Source of the DNA: Longimicrobiales bacterium | Lineage (GTDB): Bacteria > Gemmatimonadota > Gemmatimonadetes > Longimicrobiales > Gaopeijiaceae | Direction: 5' to 3' | DNA: 64,000 bases | Assembly (NCBI GenBank): GCA_965218295.1 | Contig: CBDCKN010000015.1 | Span: 1 to 64,000 of the forward strand | Shown: in pieces, positions 58,432-64,000 of the stretch | Position numbering within the stretch: position 1 is the first letter of the stretch | Layout: each line of letters begins with the position of its first letter | Program-made: the position numbers and the translations under genes | Notes under the pieces: model-generated | Seen by the model: only the letters and a program-made list of their open reading frames with translations | The model's database searches: none | Told to the model about the DNA's origin: nothing

Positions 58432-58917
58432 ATGCCGAATCGAATCGCACACGTCACTACCAATCAGGGGGAGTTCAAGGTCGAGCTCTTCGAGGAGCGG
58501 GCGCCCGGAACGACGAAGAACTTCATCGACCTCGTGGAGAAGGGTTACTACGACGGCATCGTGTTCCACCGCGTCATCGCCGGCTTCATGATCCAGGGCG
58601 GCTGTCCTTTGGGAAACGGCACGGGTGGCCCAGGCTACACGATCTCCGACGAGTTCCATCCCGAGCTGCACCACGATTCCGAAGGCATGCTTTCCATGGC
58701 GAATTCCGGGCCTAACACAGGGGGCTCCCAGTTCTTCGTGACTTTGGCTCCCACCGCCTGGCTCGATGGGAAGCATGCGATCTTCGGCAAGGTCGTCGAA
58801 GGCATGGAGGCGGTTCGGGCCATCGGGAGCACCGCGACGGGTCCCGGAGACCGGCCCCTCCAGGAAGTGGTCATGGAGAAGGTCGAGATCGTGAATCCGG
58901 GCCAGCCCTCGGAATGA
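58432..58917 (+). CDS. Cyclophilin-type peptidyl-prolyl isomerase
   Basis: FHRVI.GFMIQGG, LSMANSGPNTGGSQFF, WLDGKHAIFG. Confidence 0.96.
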   Translation: MPNRIAHVTTNQGEFKVELFEERAPGTTKNFIDLVEKGYYDGIVFHRVIAGFMIQGGCPLGNGTGGPGYTISDEFHPELHHDSEGMLSMANSGPNTGGSQFFVTLAPTAWLDGKHAIFGKVVEGMEAVRAIGSTATGPGDRPLQEVVMEKVEIVNPGQPSE

Positions 58918-58974
58918 GGTCATAGCGGACGAAGTCCTAGAAGATGACGCCGATAGTGCGCCGCAGACGATGCC

Positions 58975-59190
58975 GTCCCGCGTCGATGATGAGCTTGCCG
59001 AACCACAGCTGCACGACCGGCGAGAAGGCCAGCACCAACCGCAGGGACACGATGGCGGTGGCGTAGTACGGCTCTGGCCCCGCCACACCATGCGCAGAAA
59101 GCGTGGCACAAGGCGGAGCGCCACCAGGCGCTCTTTGAGGGGCGGAAGATCGACGGAACGGCGCCGTCCGAGACCAGGGGGCACCGGCTA
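58975..59190 (-). pseudogene. N-terminal remnant of an ABC exporter
   Basis: LKERLVALRLVPRFLRMVW, then (frameshift) YATAIVSLRLVLAFSPVVQLWFGKLIID; the rest is missing. Confidence 0.65.
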
Positions 59191-59213
59191 CGCGCTCCGG
59201 AGATCGGCGGGGA

Positions 59214-59717
59214 TCAACCCTCGTCGTCTGCCGGAATCCTGGTGCCGAACTCCCGATCCAGCATGAGGAGCGCGGCCTGGTCGTCGCCGACCATGCGCAC
59301 CTGATCCCAGGCGGCCGAGGCGCTGTCCTCTTCCTCGACCTGCTCGGCGATGAACCACTGGAGCTCTTGCTGGGCCGCCCAATCCCCCTCCTCTCCCGCG
59401 AGCTCGAAGAGGCGATGGATCATGCCCGTCACCTTCTGCTCGTGCTCCAACACACTCTCTAAGATGTCCACAACAGGTCCGAAGGCGGACTGTGGCGCGT
59501 CGATGGCCTGGAGCTCGACCCGCCCGCCACGGCGGAGCACATAGTCGTAAAGTCGCAGAGCGTGGGCCAGCTCCTCCTGGGCCTGCATCTTCATCCAGTG
59601 GGCGAAGCCCGGAAGGTTCTCGCCTCCGAGGTGGGCCGACATGGATAGATAGAGATATCCGGAAGAGAGCTCGTTCTTGATCTGCTCGTTGAATGCGGTC
59701 TGGACCTTGTCGTTCAT
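59214..59717 (-). CDS. ftnA: Non-heme ferritin
   Basis: NEQIKNEL.S.Y.Y, QEELAHA, HEQKVT, WFIAEQVEEE. Confidence 0.93.
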   Translation of the reverse strand: MNDKVQTAFNEQIKNELSSGYLYLSMSAHLGGENLPGFAHWMKMQAQEELAHALRLYDYVLRRGGRVELQAIDAPQSAFGPVVDILESVLEHEQKVTGMIHRLFELAGEEGDWAAQQELQWFIAEQVEEEDSASAAWDQVRMVGDDQAALLMLDREFGTRIPADDEG

Positions 59718-59833
59718 AGAGACCCCTGACTGGCTGAGCGTCTGGCCGCCGGCCTACGTGGGGCCGGCCCTGAGGAACGGCTCACAGTACCCCCGAGCCA
59801 TGGAGAAGTGCAGCGATAACCCGAGGACTGAAA

Positions 59834-60166
59834 TCAGCCCTGTGGAGGCTCGTCCCCGCCCCGGGTGATCTGCTCGAGCTTGCCCAATAAGGTGTTGCTC
59901 CCAGCCTCGCTGACCCCGAAAAGCCCGTCCTCGTCGGACTCTGCACGCAGCGCCGCTCCGTGCAGGTTGAGCCACAGGTCGAACCTCTCGCTCACGCGCA
60001 TGACCCTGTAGAAGAACCGGCGTTCACCGTGACGCTTGAAGATGAGATCCGCCGCGAACGCCACGAACGATATCGTGAACACGGCTCCATCCTTGAGTCC
60101 ATCGATCAGCAGTTTGAGCTGGAAGATGCAGAAGTCCCGAATCGAGACCTTGGTTCTCTGGTCCAT
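59834..60166 (-). CDS. Hypothetical protein
   Basis: 110-aa ORF (FQLKLLIDGLKD..FDLWLNL) with GAGG RBS. Confidence 0.7.
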   Translation of the reverse strand: MDQRTKVSIRDFCIFQLKLLIDGLKDGAVFTISFVAFAADLIFKRHGERRFFYRVMRVSERFDLWLNLHGAALRAESDEDGLFGVSEAGSNTLLGKLEQITRGGDEPPQG

Positions 60167-60289
60167 TGTTATGCCTCGAGAGCCTTCAGTTCATCACTCT
60201 TGTTTGACCGGACCAACCCTACGGATCTATTACGTGTTTTGCTTCGCTCCCGCCACTTTCCCGGGCGGCAGGATCCTCGCTTTCTCAAA

Positions 60290-60314
60290 GGAACCTTTCC
60301 CGGGGGGTAACGTA
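60290..60314 (+). promoter_or_regulatory. Putative ECF-sigma promoter GGAAC-N16-CGTA
   Basis: Upstream of the DUF4159-MoxR operon. Confidence 0.45.
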
Positions 60315-60408
60315 CCGATACATCCCTCTCGGCCTGACCTGGACGCCGTCTGTCGCGCGTTCGGCCAACGAGGCCTGGAAGGGAGCGTCGAAGGCGAGAT
60401 TGGAGTGA

Positions 60409-61296
60409 ATGGTGCGCGCATTGGTATCTCTCCTGAGTGCGGCCACGCTCACGCTCCTAACCGGTCCGCCTGTACTTCCTAGCGCGTCGTCCGACCCGTC
60501 TCCACGATCCCCCCTCAACCAGACCACGGGAGAGGCTCGCTTCCTGTCGTCGGAGGCCGTGTCGGTGGCCCTGGGGCTGTTGCACTCCGGCATGCCAGGG
60601 GATGCGGCGGCGCAAGCCGAGGGCATCCCGCGCGAGTTCTATTTCTCCCGCGTGGCATACACCGGATACGGGCGCGGATTCTACACACGGCGCGGCTCCT
60701 GGGCCACGGATTATCCCAAAGCCGACCAGATCTTCCTGTCGTTCATCGACCGGCTTCTGGCCAACCTCGACGCGTACGAGCAGGAGCATCCGGTCCGCCT
60801 GGACGATCCCCAGTTGCGCCGCTTCCCCTACCTCTACGCCCTCGAAGTGGGATACATGGCCCTCACCGAGCCCGAGATCTCGGGACTGCGGAGCTACCTC
60901 CTGGCGGGCGGATTCCTTGTCATCGACGACTTCTGGGGATCCTACCAGTGGGCCAACTTCGAGTACCAGATGCAGCTCGTGCTGCCCGGCTATCCCATCG
61001 TAGACCTGACGCTCGAACACCCGATCTTCACGACCTTCTACGAGATCGAAGAGATCATGCAGGTCCCCAACGTCGGAAACGGCATAAACGGCGGGCAGAC
61101 CCACGAGCGTGACGGGATCGTCCCCATGGTCAAGGGCATCTACGACGAGAACGGCCGCCTCATGGTGTTCATCAACTTCAACACCGACCTGGGCGACGCC
61201 TGGGAGTGGGCGGACCACCCCTATTATCCGCTCAAGTATTCGACGTATGCCTACGAGATGGGCGTGAACTCGATCGTGTACGCCATGAGTCATTGA
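60409..61296 (+). CDS. DUF4159 domain protein (exported)
   Basis: WATDYPKAD, LRSYLLAGGFLVIDDFWG, GRLMV..NFNTDLGDAWE, GVN...YAMSH. Confidence 0.85.
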   Translation: MVRALVSLLSAATLTLLTGPPVLPSASSDPSPRSPLNQTTGEARFLSSEAVSVALGLLHSGMPGDAAAQAEGIPREFYFSRVAYTGYGRGFYTRRGSWATDYPKADQIFLSFIDRLLANLDAYEQEHPVRLDDPQLRRFPYLYALEVGYMALTEPEISGLRSYLLAGGFLVIDDFWGSYQWANFEYQMQLVLPGYPIVDLTLEHPIFTTFYEIEEIMQVPNVGNGINGGQTHERDGIVPMVKGIYDENGRLMVFINFNTDLGDAWEWADHPYYPLKYSTYAYEMGVNSIVYAMSH

Positions 61297-61318
61297 TGAG
61301 GACCGAGGAAGCGACCTG

Positions 61319-62005
61319 ATGCAGGCGATGTCGCCGTACGACGGACGTTTCACATTCGCTCGGATACGCTTCGGCACTGGGCTGTCGAGTAGGAGCTTCC
61401 GGGGACGTGGACGTGGAGGCCAGGCGCCCTGGGCCCACGACTTCCCTAGGGCCGAGCGGAACTTCATGAACATCATTCGGGAAACGACGCTCATCCGGCC
61501 GTACATGGACGGGGGCAACGTCTTCGACACCGACGACCCGGAGCTGACCCGCTTCCCGCTCGCGTACATCTCCGAGCCGGGCTTCTGGTATCCGTCGGAC
61601 GAGGAGATCCTGGGTCTCAGGAACTACCTCATGAAGGGGGGCTTCCTGATCGCCGACGACTTCGACGGGCCCGACTGGTTCAACTTCGACGCCCAGATGA
61701 AGAAGGTGATCCCTGGTGCCCAGTTCGTGCAGCTCGACGAGTCCCACGCGATCTTCGACTCCTTTTTCCGTATCGAGTCGCTGGCGACCCTCCTCCCTCC
61801 CTATTTTCGTTCCGGGAGGCCGCCCGCGTACCTCAGGCTGCACGAGGACAACGATCCGGAGAAACGTCTGATGGTGATCGCGAACTACAACAACGACATC
61901 GGAGAGTACTGGGAGTTCTCCGACGTCGGCTGGTACCCGATCGACCTCTCCAACGAGGCATACAAGTTGGGAGTGAATTACTTGATCTACGCCATGACCC
62001 ACTAA
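61319..62005 (+). CDS. DUF4159 domain protein (second paralog, no signal peptide)
   Basis: WAHDFPRAE, YLMKGGFLIADDF, RLMVIANYNNDIGEYWE, GVNYLIYAMTH. Confidence 0.85.
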   Translation: MQAMSPYDGRFTFARIRFGTGLSSRSFRGRGRGGQAPWAHDFPRAERNFMNIIRETTLIRPYMDGGNVFDTDDPELTRFPLAYISEPGFWYPSDEEILGLRNYLMKGGFLIADDFDGPDWFNFDAQMKKVIPGAQFVQLDESHAIFDSFFRIESLATLLPPYFRSGRPPAYLRLHEDNDPEKRLMVIANYNNDIGEYWEFSDVGWYPIDLSNEAYKLGVNYLIYAMTH

Positions 62006-62130
62006 ATGGCTTTGAGAATTGGCCGATCCCGGCGTTGGGCTGCGGTCTCGGCTCCCTGCGGCGTACATGAGTACGCCTCAGTCGCCTCGCCTTGCCCGCC
62101 TTGGGCTCGACTCAATTCTCTTCGCCATTT
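62004..62130. repeat. ERIC-like long imperfect palindrome (~127 bp)
   Basis: AAATGGC..GAGAATTG at the left pairs with CAATTCTC..GCCATTT at the right; apical GGCGTAC-ATGA-GTACGCC. Confidence 0.7.
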
Positions 62131-62254
62131 CGTCGGGCGATCATCAGGGAAGCTCTGCAACGGTGCCGCCGGAGCGGCGTTGAGGTGGGCAACGTAAACA
62201 CCAAATGTGACGAAAGGTCACCGGGCAGCATCCAAGGCCTGAACGGAGCGCCAA

Positions 62255-63325
62255 ATGGCATTCATTGACGAAAAGGAAGCCGTCGACGCAGCAAGCGCGC
62301 CGGACGCCCTTCCCCTCGAGAGCCCGGACGACATCGACCTCGCCGACCGGCTGAAGTCCGGGCGAGTGCAGATCCTCTCGGAGATCCGCAAGCTCATCAT
62401 CGGCCAGGAAGAGGTCATCGAGCAGGTGCTCCTCACCCTCTTCGTGGGCGGAAACAGCCTCCTGATCGGTGTTCCCGGCCTGGCCAAGACGTTGCTCATC
62501 CACACTGTGGCGGAGGTTCTGGACCTGAAGTTCTTGAGGATCCAGTTCACCCCCGACCTGATGCCGTCCGACATCACGGGCACTGACATCATTCAGGAGG
62601 ACCCGGACTCGGGCCGGCGAAGCATGGTCTTCGCACCGGGTCCAATCTTCGCGAACATAGTCCTTGCGGACGAGATCAACCGGACGCCACCCAAGACCCA
62701 ATCGGCGCTGCTGGAGGCCATGCAGGAGCACCGGGTCACGGTCCAAGGCGAGACCTACACGCTGGAAGAGCCCTTCTACGTTTTCGCGACCCAGAATCCC
62801 ATCGAGCTGGAGGGGACCTATCCCCTCCCCGAGGCGCAGCTGGACCGCTTCATGTTCGAGATCGTGATCGACCATCTCTCCGAGGAGGAGGAGCTCGAAG
62901 TGGTGCGCACGACCACGGGGATCCAGGAACCCGAATTCAGCCACGCGATCACGGGCCCGGATCTGGTGGCCTTCCAACGCCTGGTCAGGAAGGTGCCCGT
63001 GCCGGATGCGGCGCTCCGCTACGCCGTGAGTCTCGTGCGGGCCAGCCGGCCGAGCCCCAACGGTGACTCCCCCGACTTCATCAATAACTGGATCGCCTAC
63101 GGAGCCAGCGTCCGAGCCGCGCAGTATCTGACGTTGGGGGCAAAGGCCCGCGCCATCACCCAGGGTCGCTACAACGTGAGCTTCGAGGACATCAGGGCTC
63201 TGGCACATCCCGTGATGCGGCACCGCATCCTCACGAACTTCCACGCCGAGTCCGAGGGCGTTACAGGGGGTGAGCTCGTGGACAGGTTGCTGGAAGCCGT
63301 TCCCGTGCCCAGCTCGGGCCTCTAG
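62255..63325 (+). CDS. moxR: MoxR-family AAA+ ATPase
   Basis: GVPGLAKT, RIQFTPDLMPSD, LADEINRTPPKTQSALLEAM, ATQNPIE.EGTYPLPEAQLDRF. Confidence 0.95.
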   Translation: MAFIDEKEAVDAASAPDALPLESPDDIDLADRLKSGRVQILSEIRKLIIGQEEVIEQVLLTLFVGGNSLLIGVPGLAKTLLIHTVAEVLDLKFLRIQFTPDLMPSDITGTDIIQEDPDSGRRSMVFAPGPIFANIVLADEINRTPPKTQSALLEAMQEHRVTVQGETYTLEEPFYVFATQNPIELEGTYPLPEAQLDRFMFEIVIDHLSEEEELEVVRTTTGIQEPEFSHAITGPDLVAFQRLVRKVPVPDAALRYAVSLVRASRPSPNGDSPDFINNWIAYGASVRAAQYLTLGAKARAITQGRYNVSFEDIRALAHPVMRHRILTNFHAESEGVTGGELVDRLLEAVPVPSSGL

Positions 63326-63338
63326 GAGCGAGGGCTTC

Positions 63339-64000
63339 GTGGCCGTCAGGGCTCGCTCGGGATTTCAGGCCAGCGGCGCCCAGTTCCTCGATCCGGCCGT
63401 TCTGGGCCGGATCGACAACCTGGGGCTGTTGGCGCGTACCGTGGTCGACGGCTTCCTCCACGGCCTGCACCGCTCCCCCCACCTGGGGCTGTCCCTCGAC
63501 TTCGCCGAACACCGGGCCTACATGCCGGGCGACGACATCCGGCGCATCGACTGGCGCCTCTTCGCGCGCACCGACCGCTTCTACGTGAAGCAGTTCGAGG
63601 CCGAGACCAGCGCGAACTTCGTCGTGATCCTTGACGTCTCCAGGTCCATGAGCTTCGGCACGCATTCGGCCACGAAGCTGGACTACGCCCGCTATCTGGG
63701 TGCCGCCCTGGCCTATTTCTCCCAAAAGCAGCGGGATCGGGTCGGGCTCGTCACCTTCGACGACAACATTGTGGATTGGGTGCCACCATCGACACGGCAC
63801 CTCGAGCTCATCCTCCACACCTTGGCCAATTCCGTGCCTGGGCATCCCGGCACCCTCCAGGACCCGTTGATGCAGGTCGGAGAGAACCTGAAACACCGCG
63901 GCATCATACTCTTGCTTTCGGACTTCTACGAAGAAGCTCACGAGGTCATTGAGTCGGTTCGTCACCTGCGGGCCCGAGGCCACGACGTCATCGTCTTCCA
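63339..64000 (+). CDS. DUF58 (vWA-like) protein, 3'-partial
   Basis: From GTG 63339: GLHRSP..G.SLDFAEHRAYMPGDDIRRIDW, YVKQFEAET, LDVSRSM, LSDFY. Confidence 0.9.
   Translation, partial: MAVRARSGFQASGAQFLDPAVLGRIDNLGLLARTVVDGFLHGLHRSPHLGLSLDFAEHRAYMPGDDIRRIDWRLFARTDRFYVKQFEAETSANFVVILDVSRSMSFGTHSATKLDYARYLGAALAYFSQKQRDRVGLVTFDDNIVDWVPPSTRHLELILHTLANSVPGHPGTLQDPLMQVGENLKHRGIILLLSDFYEEAHEVIESVRHLRARGHDVIVF

Overview
A GC-rich bacterial chromosomal window. The gene content suggests a diderm, most plausibly Gemmatimonadota/Longimicrobiales and possibly host-associated; this is inference. The first ~2.3 kb is the decayed end of an integrative element: an autotransporter-like C-terminus, Cro-like and AlpA genes, an att-like AT-rich tract and a 5'-truncated IS3-type transposase. 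The rest is core genome: rpsU, fatty-acid catabolism genes, a TPR/Zn-ribbon/MshEN/PilT cluster, an LPS/lipid A cluster (GT9 x2, Kdo kinase, LpxL, MsbA, GT2/GT4), a PorX-like regulator, ChdC plus heme o synthase, serA with an aminotransferase, typA, apaG, an MntR/DtxR regulator, two DEAD-box-family genes, HU, infA, cyclophilin, ferritin and a DUF4159-DUF4159-MoxR-DUF58 operon. Most notable signals: (1) heavy gene erosion, with about 13 broken genes. Three are frameshifted by exact 5-, 7- and 8-bp tandem duplications; others carry C>T/G>A nonsense codons or deletions, concentrated in cyclic-nucleotide signalling and pilus genes. (2) Two candidate ncRNAs: a ~145-nt rod-like RNA at 13.2-13.35 kb and a GGA-rich, ECF-promoter-driven sRNA at 46.1-46.25 kb. 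(3) A recurring GAA(A)C-N16/17-CGTA promoter motif. (4) A MITE and an ERIC-like hairpin at stop codons. (5) Poly-G tracts in pilT and in the HU promoter spacer. (6) A catalytically dead DEAD-box/DbpA pseudo-helicase. No tRNA, rRNA or CRISPR array was seen.
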